A DNA stretch of 64,000 bases, from the IMG/VR virus record IMGVR_UViG_3300020438_000007, positions 1 through 64,000 of that record. One strand, given 5' to 3'. Position 1 is the first letter of the stretch, and every line of letters begins with the position of its first letter. Below, piece by piece: positions 1 to 8,241 of the stretch. The notes under the pieces were generated by a model. The model saw only the letters and a program-made list of their open reading frames with translations. It was not told the origin of the DNA and did no database searches. The position numbers were made by a program, and so were the translations under genes.

Positions 1-19
1 GTAATGTAGACGCAACCAT
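1..19 (-). CDS. psbD: Photosystem II D2 protein, 5' end only (runs off the window)
   Basis: ATG at 19 reads MVASTL, the usual cyanophage D2 N-terminus. It lies directly downstream of psbA with AAAGG upstream. Only 6 codons are visible. Confidence 0.6.
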
Positions 20-66
20 TTAATTTTACCTTTAAAAACATCTAAATTATTTGTGTAAGCAAAAGA

Positions 67-89
67 AAAGGGGTCGTGAAGACCCCTTT
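67..89. terminator. Rho-independent terminator after psbA, possibly bidirectional
   Basis: AAAGGGGTC-GTGAA-GACCCCTTT stem-loop with an A-rich tract on the left and a T-run on the right. Confidence 0.8.
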
Positions 90-114
90 GTTTTTTTGCG
101 ATGTGGTTAAGTTA

Positions 115-1203
115 TTAACCGATGGAAGGTGCAGTAAGAGCAACAGGAGTTGACTCAGCAGCAGCGAGATCCAAGGGGAAGTTGTGAGCGTTACGCTCGT
201 GCATGACTTCCATACCCAGACCAGCGCGGTTAAGCACGTCTGCCCATGTTGGAATCACTTTACCACTTGCGTCTACAACCGACTGGTTGAAGTTGAATCC
301 GTTAAGGTTGAATGCCATAGTTGACACACCCATTGCAGTAAACCAGATGCAAACCACTGGGAATGCTGCTAGGAAGAAGTGAAGTGAACGTGAGTTGTTG
401 AAAGATGCGTATTGGAAGATCAAACGACCGAAGTAGCCATGAGCTGCAACGATGTTATATGTTTCTTCTTCTTGTCCGAACTTGTAACCATAGTTCTGAG
501 ACTCTTGCTCAGTTGTTTCTCTGATTAGAGAAGATGTTACGAGTGAACCGTGCATTGCACTGAATAATGAACCACCGAAGACACCAGCCACTCCAAGCAT
601 ATGGAAGGGGTGCATTAGGATATTGTGCTCTGCCTGGAACACGAACATGTAGTTAAAAGTACCTGAGATACCAAGTGGCATTGCATCAGAGAAAGAACCT
701 TGACCGAAAGGATACACTAAGAATACAGCGAATGCTGCAGACACTGGTGCTGAATAAGCAACACAGATCCAAGGACGCATACCTAAACGGTATGAAAGTT
801 CCCACTGACGACCACAGTATGCTGTGATGCCGATTAGGAAATGGAAGACTACAAGTTGGAATGGACCACCGTTATACAACCACTCATCGAGTGATGCTGC
901 TTCCCAGATTGGGTAGAAGTGAAGTCCGATAGCATTTGAACTAGGAACAACTGCACCAGAGATGATGTTGTTACCGTACATTAAAGAACCTGCTACTGGT
1001 TCTCTGATTCCGTCGATGTCTACTGGAGGTGCTGCGATGAAAGCAATGATGAAACATGTTGCTGCTGCCAACAAGCATGGGATCATCAGTACGCCGAACC
1101 AGCCGACATAGATGCGGTTGTCAACTGAGGTTACCCAGCTGCAGAATTCGTCCCATCCTGAGAGGAGACCACCGCGTTGTTTTGAACGTGAAAGAGTTGT
1201 CAT
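115..1203 (-). CDS. psbA: Photosystem II D1 protein
   Basis: Unmistakable D1 sequence ([14 protein letters not shown]...[13 protein letters not shown]). Start placed at MTTLSR (ATG 1203). No intron. Confidence 0.99.
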   Translation of the reverse strand: MTTLSRSKQRGGLLSGWDEFCSWVTSVDNRIYVGWFGVLMIPCLLAAATCFIIAFIAAPPVDIDGIREPVAGSLMYGNNIISGAVVPSSNAIGLHFYPIWEAASLDEWLYNGGPFQLVVFHFLIGITAYCGRQWELSYRLGMRPWICVAYSAPVSAAFAVFLVYPFGQGSFSDAMPLGISGTFNYMFVFQAEHNILMHPFHMLGVAGVFGGSLFSAMHGSLVTSSLIRETTEQESQNYGYKFGQEEETYNIVAAHGYFGRLIFQYASFNNSRSLHFFLAAFPVVCIWFTAMGVSTMAFNLNGFNFNQSVVDASGKVIPTWADVLNRAGLGMEVMHERNAHNFPLDLAAAESTPVALTAPSIG

Positions 1204-1322
1204 TTGAAAAAGGGTTAGGTAATAGTGCAGGGATACACCGATAAAATATTCCTTCGCCACCCTCAGGCGGAGGTATAAGAGACGTAATTTAATGACCCAT
1301 AGGTCTCGGTTAGCGGGTCAGA
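1204..1322 (-). ncRNA. Structured psbA 5' leader, probably the PhotoRC-II motif
   Basis: TGACCC(1320-1315)/GGGTCA(1298-1293) stem. Loop GAGAC(1307-1303) pairs with GTCTC(1283-1279), giving a pseudoknot. A second hairpin lies at 1251-1273. The position matches the described cyanophage PhotoRC motifs, but the family name is from recall. Confidence 0.65.
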
Positions 1323-1347
1323 AAGATGTTGGAATCAACACCCCTAC

Positions 1348-1384
1348 ATTTATATATGTTAACAGAACTTTACACTTCTGTCAA
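1348..1384 (-). promoter_or_regulatory. psbA promoter: sigma70-like plus an adjacent T4-type late element
   Basis: TTGACA(1384-1379)-17 bp-TAACAT(1361-1356); TATAAAT at 1354-1348. Confidence 0.6.
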
Positions 1385-1515
1385 GTGTCTTCTTGGATTT
1401 CTTTCTTTTTTCTTAACCTTTCCAGAAACTCCTCGTCAGGCGTGAATACTATAGGTCCTTCGGAGATTCTTTCCTCCAACTCATCGAGCAGTGGATCCTT
1501 TTCATTCTGATTCAT
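1381..1515 (-). CDS. Small acidic hypothetical protein (44 aa)
   Basis: MNQNEKDPLLDELEER...; start overlaps the end of the upstream gene. Confidence 0.6.
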   Translation of the reverse strand: MNQNEKDPLLDELEERISEGPIVFTPDEEFLERLRKKKEIQEDT

Positions 1516-2161
1516 GTCGTTCTTTGCTAGTTTTCCAAAAATAATTTTCTTCTGATCCCAGTCCATCCCGATCATGACCGTTCTCTACTTGATAGTAGAC
1601 AGTAGACACCTTGAAGTCGGGGTCTGTTGGTTTCTCAGGAGTCAGACTGTTATCATAAATTCTCATCCTATTGTTAGGGTACAAAGCGAATTGTCCATTG
1701 TCAAGCTCTAAAAGATTAAAACTTTTATGTTCTGGTGGTTGTTCACTCGTAGAATAATCTATTGCGTCTATGTCCTGATGATAGTTGTCAAGAGTACAGA
1801 TGTATGTTCCTGTTTGATTGCCGAAATCTCTAGTCATGATCTCGTAGTGCATTGATCCAATGAACTGTTTCTGCACTGCTACTACACCATAGTCCATACA
1901 GTTCCAGAACTGTAAGTTGTGAAGTGTCAGGTCTGGTGTTGGTAACTCTGGTGATGCTACGAAAGCACTGATGGGTAACTTATCATACATCGCTGCATAC
2001 TCTGGTAGGTATGTCTCAAAGTAAAAGGCACGGCCTGGGATAGACTTTGCAGACACCCAGTATCCCTCTACAAATTCTCCGTGGCCACTCTTATGATCTG
2101 TTAGGTATTCTTTTCGCACCCACACATGATAGGAGGGTAAATTACAAATTAGTGCTGGCAT
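1502..2161 (-). CDS. Conserved cyanophage hypothetical protein
   Basis: Long ORF; start placed at MPALICNLPSY (ATG 2161). Confidence 0.8.
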   Translation of the reverse strand: MPALICNLPSYHVWVRKEYLTDHKSGHGEFVEGYWVSAKSIPGRAFYFETYLPEYAAMYDKLPISAFVASPELPTPDLTLHNLQFWNCMDYGVVAVQKQFIGSMHYEIMTRDFGNQTGTYICTLDNYHQDIDAIDYSTSEQPPEHKSFNLLELDNGQFALYPNNRMRIYDNSLTPEKPTDPDFKVSTVYYQVENGHDRDGLGSEENYFWKTSKERHESE

Positions 2162-2351
2162 TTCTTTCGTATTGTGGTGGTGTGTAGTGATCATTCCAAT
2201 GGCGAATGTTGCCTGCAATGATAAAACAATTAGTTACTACTAGTTGGACAAAGATAAAAGTTCTTATTAAAGCAATCTTATCGGCCTCTTTATCAGACCT
2301 ACCAGACTTGTCTCCAAGTGCTTTTGCCCATACTCTCCAGATTTTTTTCAC
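2142..2351 (-). CDS. Hypothetical membrane protein
   Basis: 69 aa with one hydrophobic stretch; tightly packed with its neighbours. Confidence 0.7.
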   Translation of the reverse strand: MKKIWRVWAKALGDKSGRSDKEADKIALIRTFIFVQLVVTNCFIIAGNIRHWNDHYTPPQYERNASTNL

Positions 2352-2377
2352 TCAAATTATAGTTCTATTATAATGAT

Positions 2378-2710
2378 TTATCCAACTTTCTGCAACCCCT
2401 GTACCACATTCGACTTCACATCTAAAAGTCCTTCTGCACTAAACCAAGGAGCATTCTCCCAGCTGAAACCTTCTCCAAATGTGTTGTCTGCATTGGCAAC
2501 ATACCAATGACATGATGAATCTGGTACATCTACGGCGCATTTAGACCAATCATCAGACCATTGAGGAACTTGTACCCACAATGTCTCTGCGTAAGCTGTT
2601 TGACTTGCACCGAATAACAATACAAATACTGTTATCCAACCAAACAGTCTAGGAATAAACTCTAGTGCCATTGGGCGTTTATATACTTCCATTACATCAT
2701 GGTAGTTCAT
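2378..2710 (-). CDS. Hypothetical membrane-anchored or exported protein
   Basis: Start at MNYHDV (2710) through a TAATG overlap; hydrophobic segment ending AYA|ET. Confidence 0.7.
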   Translation of the reverse strand: MNYHDVMEVYKRPMALEFIPRLFGWITVFVLLFGASQTAYAETLWVQVPQWSDDWSKCAVDVPDSSCHWYVANADNTFGEGFSWENAPWFSAEGLLDVKSNVVQGLQKVG

Positions 2711-2814
2711 TATATTAATCCTACTGATCCTGCTACAGTTCCTACTGCAACAAAGAACGCGAACTCTGCAAGTCCCAACCATGCAGGTGGGATGTTTAAA
2801 AATTGTTTGGTCAT
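2710..2814 (-). CDS. Small membrane protein (34 aa), not in the ORF track
   Basis: MTKQFLNIPPAWLGLAEFAFFVAVGTVAGSVGLI; GAGGAG SD upstream; stop overlaps the next ATG. Confidence 0.7.
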   Translation of the reverse strand: MTKQFLNIPPAWLGLAEFAFFVAVGTVAGSVGLI

Positions 2815-2841
2815 TTAAGCTTGTACTCCTCAGCTATTAGT

Positions 2842-2916
2842 TTATGAAAATACGAACGGTAGTCCGTTGATTGCAGTAAATGCTACTGCACATGCAAATG
2901 TTAATGTGTAAATCAT
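2842..2916 (-). CDS. Hydrophobic micropeptide (24 aa), not in the ORF track
   Basis: MIYTLTFACAVAFTAINGLPFVFS; TAATG overlap with the upstream stop; AAGGA SD. Confidence 0.6.
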   Translation of the reverse strand: MIYTLTFACAVAFTAINGLPFVFS

Positions 2917-3089
2917 TATGTTCCTTGGTATACTGGTGTCATTATCCCACCTTCGGGGTCATCATCGTCATCGTCACCCGATGCTCTTAAAAACAACTCA
3001 AACAATACGAGAACAGTCATGGGATATAAACACCAGACTAATGCTTTCCAATACGGAAATGATTCGGCAATAAACTGATATTCATTCAT
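2916..3089 (-). CDS. Small membrane protein with a poly-Asp tail (57 aa), not in the ORF track
   Basis: MNEYQFIAESFPYWKALVWCLYPMTVLVLFELFLRASGDDDDDDPEGGIMTPVYQGT; AAGGGA SD; late promoter upstream. Confidence 0.7.
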   Translation of the reverse strand: MNEYQFIAESFPYWKALVWCLYPMTVLVLFELFLRASGDDDDDDPEGGIMTPVYQGT

Positions 3090-3132
3090 TTATTATCCCT
3101 TTGTGTTGAATTGTAAATTTATCCTATGTTTT

Positions 3133-3139
3133 TATTTAG
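3133..3139 (-). promoter_or_regulatory. Late promoter CTAAATA
   Basis: Intergenic match to the (A/C)TAAATA motif that recurs upstream of many genes in this window. Confidence 0.55.
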
Positions 3140-3148
3140 TTTTGTAAA

Positions 3149-3179
3149 GTTCTAGGGTAAAAAAATTTGACCCTAGAAC
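3149..3179. terminator. Inverted repeat (terminator or RNA-stabilising hairpin)
   Basis: GTTCTAGGGT...ACCCTAGAAC 10 bp stem overlapping the stop of the 34 aa ORF. Confidence 0.5.
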
Positions 3180-3277
3180 ATACCAACTGCGTTAGTGGTC
3201 GTGCTTACGATCACTGAAATCATAAAGATGTATGGTACAACCTTAAATGGTACTGGTTGTCTCTTTACTGAGTTCAT
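3173..3277 (-). CDS. Small membrane protein (34 aa), not in the ORF track
   Basis: MNSVKRQPVPFKVVPYIFMISVIVSTTTNAVGMF; TAATG overlap with the hli stop. Confidence 0.65.
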   Translation of the reverse strand: MNSVKRQPVPFKVVPYIFMISVIVSTTTNAVGMF

Positions 3278-3399
3278 TACACAAAGCCAGGAATTATTTG
3301 ACCTGTTGTTAGATATGCACCTAACCCTGCGATGATGCCAAGCATGGCAAGTCTGCCATTAAGTTTCTCAGCAACTGATTTTGATTCCTTATCTGTCAT
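3277..3399 (-). CDS. hli: High-light-inducible protein
   Basis: AEKLNGRLAMLG...TGQIIPGF motif; start at MTDKES (3399). Confidence 0.95.
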   Translation of the reverse strand: MTDKESKSVAEKLNGRLAMLGIIAGLGAYLTTGQIIPGFV

Positions 3400-3506
3400 T
3401 AAAAGATGCCTGGAATAATTTGTCCTGTTAAAGCATATGCGCCTACTGCTGCAACGAAACCGAGCATAGCTGCCCAACCGTTAAATCTTTCTGCTTCTGG
3501 TGTCAT
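3399..3506 (-). CDS. hli: High-light-inducible protein (35 aa), not in the ORF track
   Basis: MTPEAERFNGWAAMLGFVAAVGAYALTGQIIPGIF. Confidence 0.95.
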   Translation of the reverse strand: MTPEAERFNGWAAMLGFVAAVGAYALTGQIIPGIF

Positions 3507-3555
3507 GATAGTGTACCTTTTATGTGTTTAAAATGTGTATGATTGGAATCTTCCT

Positions 3556-3747
3556 TTAGAAGATGCCTGGGATGATTTGACCTGTTGTTGTGTATGCAAC
3601 AAGTAATGATACGAAACCGAGCATAGCCCAACGTCCATTCATTTTTTCAGCGTTCTTGCCATACCCTTCATAGGATTCGTCAAGAGTCATCTGAGGTTCG
3701 ATAGAATAGATATTCTGTCTTCCGCCTTGTTCTGTAACAGTTGTCAT
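3556..3747 (-). CDS. hli: High-light-inducible protein
   Basis: AEKMNGRWAMLG...TGQIIPGIF. Confidence 0.95.
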   Translation of the reverse strand: MTTVTEQGGRQNIYSIEPQMTLDESYEGYGKNAEKMNGRWAMLGFVSLLVAYTTTGQIIPGIF

Positions 3748-3771
3748 TGAATTATTAAGAAACGTAACATA

Positions 3772-3800
3772 ATTATATAGTAAAGTTTAAATTTTGTCAA
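3772..3800 (-). promoter_or_regulatory. Consensus sigma70 promoter of the hli operon
   Basis: TTGACA(3800-3795)-17 bp-TATAAT(3777-3772). Confidence 0.85.
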
Positions 3801-3829
3801 GAAACTTAACAATTAAATATTTCCAAGTT

Positions 3830-3997
3830 CTAATATTCGTACTCTTTTAAGACTTCTAGGACGCAGTTTAGAGCCTGCTGTGCTGCTGCTCTCTGTCGAT
3901 CATCCCATTCTGAATACCATGTCTTGTCATACAATCCATTCTTCATCTTTAATAGTCTGGCGGTCATGTCAACCTTTGATAGTCTACCAGTGCTCAT
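3830..3997 (-). CDS. Hypothetical protein (55 aa), not in the ORF track
   Basis: MSTGRLSKVDMTARLLKMKNGLY...; ATGA overlap with the upstream stop. Confidence 0.7.
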   Translation of the reverse strand: MSTGRLSKVDMTARLLKMKNGLYDKTWYSEWDDRQRAAAQQALNCVLEVLKEYEY

Positions 3998-4533
3998 GAT
4001 TGATTTGGTCCTCTAGGGGGTTCTGTAAGGTAAATGTTACCTGATATCGTAGTTCCCTCTCCGCCACTCGTTACAAAGTGTTCTATCCATGAGGGGAAGA
4101 TAATAATATTACCAGCGGGAACGTTGGGAATGAAATCCATAGAGATTGCAGTACCATACATTGCCCACTGATTCATTATTAATTTACGAGAAGGATTCAT
4201 AAAAACAGTTCTGGAATGATCCACAGACTCCACAATAATGAAACTCCATTGAGCCCCTGAGTGGATGTGTGGATCTTGCCAGTCGTGTTTCTCATATTTG
4301 TTACGCCACACCTGACCAATCACAAAATCATCTGGTATGAACTGTTGTACGCACTCTGCAATGAGTCCTTTAACATATTCATATGATTCATCAGTGAACT
4401 TATCATGTCCCAGTGTTGTAGGACAATCACTAAGGAATGTAGGTTGAAAATCCTCAGATACCAAATTGACCTCATCTAGATCGATGGATTCAACAAAAAA
4501 TGGTGCCGAGAATATTGCGTGTGGATTTCTCAT
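3994..4533 (-). CDS. 2OG-Fe(II) oxygenase-like protein
   Basis: W..Y...HxH (PHIH) and FPSWIEH motifs; ISGN near the C-terminus. Confidence 0.75.
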   Translation of the reverse strand: MRNPHAIFSAPFFVESIDLDEVNLVSEDFQPTFLSDCPTTLGHDKFTDESYEYVKGLIAECVQQFIPDDFVIGQVWRNKYEKHDWQDPHIHSGAQWSFIIVESVDHSRTVFMNPSRKLIMNQWAMYGTAISMDFIPNVPAGNIIIFPSWIEHFVTSGGEGTTISGNIYLTEPPRGPNQS

Positions 4534-4550
4534 GTTGTAATTATAACAGA

Positions 4551-4583
4551 AAAAAGACCCACTGCAATCACAGGGGTCTTTTT
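4551..4583. terminator. Rho-independent terminator overlapping the next promoter
   Basis: AAAAAGACCC...GGGTCTTTTT; TATAAT at 4545-4540 just beyond it. Confidence 0.75.
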
Positions 4584-4609
4584 GTTTTTATATACTAACG
4601 TATCTATGT

Positions 4610-4960
4610 TTAGAAAACGTACTTAGCACCGACTTTAACACCGTATCCATTGTCTGCACCATCAGCAGTTTGGAAAGTTACTTCACCATAACCAAGAACT
4701 GTCTCTGACAAATCAACAGATCCACCTGCCTTAGCAAGGAATTCTGTGTCGCCATCAGTACCGTCAGGTGAGTTTACGATAGGACCGCCTTGAACGAACC
4801 AGTTGGAACCTTCGTAACCAAGTGCGAACTCAGTTGTATTTCCAGTGTAGTCCCCACCAGTGAATGAAGAATTGGCTTCTACATTTACATAAGGACCTGC
4901 GAACGCGGCACCAGCGAAAAGGGGTGCAGCAGCTAAAGCTGCGATTACATTTTTGAACAT
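4610..4960 (-). CDS. Small outer-membrane beta-barrel-like protein
   Basis: Signal peptide (..AGAAFA|GP), amphipathic beta strands and a C-terminal KYVF typical of BAM substrates. Confidence 0.75.
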   Translation of the reverse strand: MFKNVIAALAAAPLFAGAAFAGPYVNVEANSSFTGGDYTGNTTEFALGYEGSNWFVQGGPIVNSPDGTDGDTEFLAKAGGSVDLSETVLGYGEVTFQTADGADNGYGVKVGAKYVF

Positions 4961-4979
4961 TTAAAATTTCTCTCTAATT

Positions 4980-5144
4980 TACTTGCTGATTTGTTACCAG
5001 CAGATGATGGAAGTCTCGACATGACTTCGTGTTAGGTTTTGAACTTAACAGACCTAGCGCGAGTAATTGAGGCATTCGGAATACTTGTTCTCCCACAACA
5101 CGTCTGTTATGGAATGGTGACCCTGGCGGAATCGCCAGTTCCAT
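4980..5144 (-). ncRNA. Structured cis-regulatory RNA, probably the manA motif
   Basis: Paired elements ATGGAA/TTCCAT, CTGGCG/CGCCAG, AACAGAC/GTCTGTT, GAAGTC/GACTTC and TGCTG/CAGCA, with a possible CTCG/CGAG pseudoknot. It lies between the promoter and the ORF. The family assignment is from recall. Confidence 0.6.
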
Positions 5145-5145
5145 T

Positions 5146-5179
5146 TATTTAGTATACCACATGATCGATATCGCGTCAA
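5146..5179 (-). promoter_or_regulatory. Sigma70 promoter overlapping a late promoter
   Basis: TTGACG(5179-5174)-17 bp-TATACT(5156-5151); CTAAATA at 5152-5146. Confidence 0.8.
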
Positions 5180-5186
5180 GTGTTAC

Positions 5187-5993
5187 TTATCCCTGACCTT
5201 GATTTCTGGGATCACCACCAGCGATCCTACCTAGATAAGGATCAAAATCGGATAACATATCAATGGTGATATCCCCACCTCTTGTATTCCAGAGTTCTCT
5301 GAGACCATCGTGACTACCCCTATGGAAGACCTCAATGTGTTCCTCATGGATTGAGGAACCTAGTTCGATCTTGTATAGGAAGACAGGACAGGCATAAGCT
5401 GCACCTGAGTTGTAGATCAGGTCATCAGCGACAGGTCTGGGTTTCACGCCATTGTCGAGTTTGTATTTCTCTCCTCTGACATGAAGTTTCAATAGTTTCT
5501 GAGCATGATGTCTAGTTATTACATAACATGCAGTAGAAAAGTCATTAATAAATCTACGATGAACCTGTACATGTAATTCGCCAGGGCAAATTACTGCAAC
5601 TTGGACTGTATCCCAGTCGTATGGCATCCTAGAGATGAATTGTCTCCATGTAAATGTCCAGAACTGTGCGATACTAATATCACAATCATCTTCCATGATG
5701 ATTGCATAGGGTTCATCAGTCTCTTCAACAAAATGTTTGAGTGCTTTGAGGTGTGATGTTACACATCCTATCTCTCCAGCAGTAATACTATCTGGATACT
5801 TACCAGTTAATATATCACTTAGATCATCCCCTGTAGAGGGTCTACCATCGTATGCAGAGATACGAGTATAGTTTTCTATCTCCCATTCCTTAAGTTGATT
5901 TGACATCCACTCCATTCTCTCTGGCTGTTCATCCAGATTAATAATGTAAAGAGGACCGAATCCTTTAAGTTTGTATGCGGCTTTATTTGACAT
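5187..5993 (-). CDS. Glycosyltransferase family 25
   Basis: YIINL...ER, GEIGCVTSH and IMEDD motifs. Confidence 0.85.
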   Translation of the reverse strand: MSNKAAYKLKGFGPLYIINLDEQPERMEWMSNQLKEWEIENYTRISAYDGRPSTGDDLSDILTGKYPDSITAGEIGCVTSHLKALKHFVEETDEPYAIIMEDDCDISIAQFWTFTWRQFISRMPYDWDTVQVAVICPGELHVQVHRRFINDFSTACYVITRHHAQKLLKLHVRGEKYKLDNGVKPRPVADDLIYNSGAAYACPVFLYKIELGSSIHEEHIEVFHRGSHDGLRELWNTRGGDITIDMLSDFDPYLGRIAGGDPRNQGQG

Positions 5994-6492
5994 CGAAAAA
6001 GAATGTTTGTGTGAGTCTACTTGTTTCTAATGTGTTCCCGAAGCCAGGAACTATACTTCTATGATACAACACTTTGCCGCGATACGCAACCAGTCTATTG
6101 TAAATATTTCCTACACCGATATTCATATCACTATCGGGAGACTGATAGATAGCAGTTCCAGAATCAAGAATAGGATTGGGAGTCAGATATAATACTGCTG
6201 CCCACTCTCCTTGATCTTCTCCCTGACTATCAACATGAACCCAAGTTTCTGTTCCTTCTTGGCATGATTGAAAACAAAAACTATCCTGTGTCCAATCCCA
6301 TACTATCTCTCCTCCGAGAGTAGTCTTTAGTTTGGTCTCTACCTCTGTCTGTAGATCACCACCCAAAGCAGTATTTGATCTGACACCTGGCACAGATTTT
6401 TGAATCCTATCATAATCTAAGGATAAGGCATGAAACCTTATCCTGTCTGGGTCATCTAAAAAATTATCTATTACAATTAGATTACGTTCCAT
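5983..6492 (-). CDS. 2OG-Fe(II) oxygenase-like protein
   Basis: IVIDNF, HVD, VLYL, NRLV..., HRS and RLTQTFF motifs. Confidence 0.7.
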   Translation of the reverse strand: MERNLIVIDNFLDDPDRIRFHALSLDYDRIQKSVPGVRSNTALGGDLQTEVETKLKTTLGGEIVWDWTQDSFCFQSCQEGTETWVHVDSQGEDQGEWAAVLYLTPNPILDSGTAIYQSPDSDMNIGVGNIYNRLVAYRGKVLYHRSIVPGFGNTLETSRLTQTFFFDVK

Positions 6493-6560
6493 TGCTCAAC
6501 CTGACAGACCAAAAAATAGCCAGAGATTTTTTTACGGTATTTTTGAAACTAAAAGTGAAA

Positions 6561-7418
6561 TTAGGTAACGATCCAACCATCACAATATAAATCCTTTAGA
6601 TTTTTATCTTTGTAATCTGGCCCGAACCATTGCTTAGGTGCAACAACTTTACCTCTACCATTTTGTAACCATGCACCCCACCATGATAAGGAGGAGTTGG
6701 CGATGATTGCACCAGAGCATAAACTCATGATGCAAATATCAACAAATGGTTCATAAGATCCATCAGGATATTTGTCTGTTGGTTCTGATATGAGGAACCT
6801 ATCATCAGCAAAGAACTCTTGTTCTTTTACCCACTCAGGAGAGTCCGAACATACAACCACAGGTTGATCCTCTGGGAACTCCTTGAGTGCCTTCTCATAG
6901 TATTCTACGGGTTGTGGAGGGTGTTGACCAGAACATTCGGTGTAAGACCATTTGAATCCTCTGGCATCGACTAGGTTGGGATCTCCTCTCCTAACATGCA
7001 GAAACAATGGAGCCTGATCTAATGAATCTACCATCTCCTTACAAGGTCCTAGAATAGAATCATGAAAAGTAAAATCTCTCCTGATATCTTGTTCTATATT
7101 TTTAAAATATTTTTCTGTCTGAAAGAATCCAAATAAACTTACATCATTAGGACACATCCTATGGAGTTCTTCATCAAACTCAAAATGTTTTTCGATTACA
7201 ACAGGAGCATGACCTCTATCAAGAACTGCAAGATTACTTCTTCCCACACTCTCTAATGTAAATGCTCTGTGTAAACTATAATTATCTACTCTCTTGGATT
7301 CAAAAGGTGGAATACCAAACTCGTATCCACGCATCGCAGAGATACCCCTAACGGCAGCATATTGAAACATCTGATTACCTAGTCTGCCTAGGTTTCCCAT
7401 TTGATTAAAGGCCAGCAT
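6561..7418 (-). CDS. Glycosyltransferase family 11 (alpha-1,2-fucosyltransferase-like)
   Basis: GRLGNQMFQY, HVRRGD and IIANSSLSWWGAWL motifs. Confidence 0.92.
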   Translation of the reverse strand: MLAFNQMGNLGRLGNQMFQYAAVRGISAMRGYEFGIPPFESKRVDNYSLHRAFTLESVGRSNLAVLDRGHAPVVIEKHFEFDEELHRMCPNDVSLFGFFQTEKYFKNIEQDIRRDFTFHDSILGPCKEMVDSLDQAPLFLHVRRGDPNLVDARGFKWSYTECSGQHPPQPVEYYEKALKEFPEDQPVVVCSDSPEWVKEQEFFADDRFLISEPTDKYPDGSYEPFVDICIMSLCSGAIIANSSLSWWGAWLQNGRGKVVAPKQWFGPDYKDKNLKDLYCDGWIVT

Positions 7419-8241
7419 TTAGTTCTTCCCCCCTACGTTTGATGTAGTCTAGTTTTGAATAATATTGTGTAACGGACTCTTTATCTTGAGTCCTAATCCA
7501 GTTCCACAATCTATCGTTGTCTTGAAACTTAGGATTGTGGTAGTGTGAATTGAATGTTCTACCGTGTTCAAAGTGGTAGATGTCATCAATAACTCTGCCA
7601 ACTTTAAATCCAAAAAGATTTAGTCTGTAATAAAACTCACAATCTTCTGCACCCCATGAGATAAATTCTTCATTCCATAGTCCAGCAGATACTTCTGCGG
7701 TTTTAGTTATCATCTGACCCCATCCAATAGACGACGGAATCCTAACTTTAGCATCTTTCAGAACTTCAAAGTCAGCATCAGATCCATCATGTGATGATAG
7801 AAAATTATCCAATAGTTGATCAGAATAAGTTACTGCCCACTGATAGATACCACATCCGAAAGGATAGACAGCATCAGATCCTTCCCTCGTGATGGCACGG
7901 TGAGCAAGTTCATGTGAGTTCTTCGGAACAACAACGTCCACATCATGATTATAAATGATGGGAGTGTCAGCGAGAACACATAGGTCATTAAGGATTCTAG
8001 TTTTATGAAAGAACGTCTCGGTACTCTGTTCAAAAACATGTTTGAGTTGTGATGTGTCCTTTACATAATTTTTAATACGAGGTAAAGCACTCTCACTAAA
8101 GTGTGATTGAGTGTCAACTTCTTTAACAATAATCTTTGCTTCGGGGAAACATTTTAAGATATAGGTAACAGAAGTAATAACATTACGAAGTCTATCTTCT
8201 GTCTCAATCCTACATGGAAGTAGGTAGGTGAGGTCTTTCAT
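7405..8241 (-). CDS. GT-A fold glycosyltransferase (GT2/GT7 C-terminal type)
   Basis: DVD motif, WGAED motif and YHFEH. Confidence 0.8.
   Translation of the reverse strand: MKDLTYLLPCRIETEDRLRNVITSVTYILKCFPEAKIIVKEVDTQSHFSESALPRIKNYVKDTSQLKHVFEQSTETFFHKTRILNDLCVLADTPIIYNHDVDVVVPKNSHELAHRAITREGSDAVYPFGCGIYQWAVTYSDQLLDNFLSSHDGSDADFEVLKDAKVRIPSSIGWGQMITKTAEVSAGLWNEEFISWGAEDCEFYYRLNLFGFKVGRVIDDIYHFEHGRTFNSHYHNPKFQDNDRLWNWIRTQDKESVTQYYSKLDYIKRRGEELNAGL

Noticed and set aside
1204-1260. N-terminal extensions given by the ORF track (psbA, 1502, 2378, 3277, 26784, 61562 and others)
   Set aside because: Downstream starts fit family N-termini, SD sites or stop/start overlaps better.
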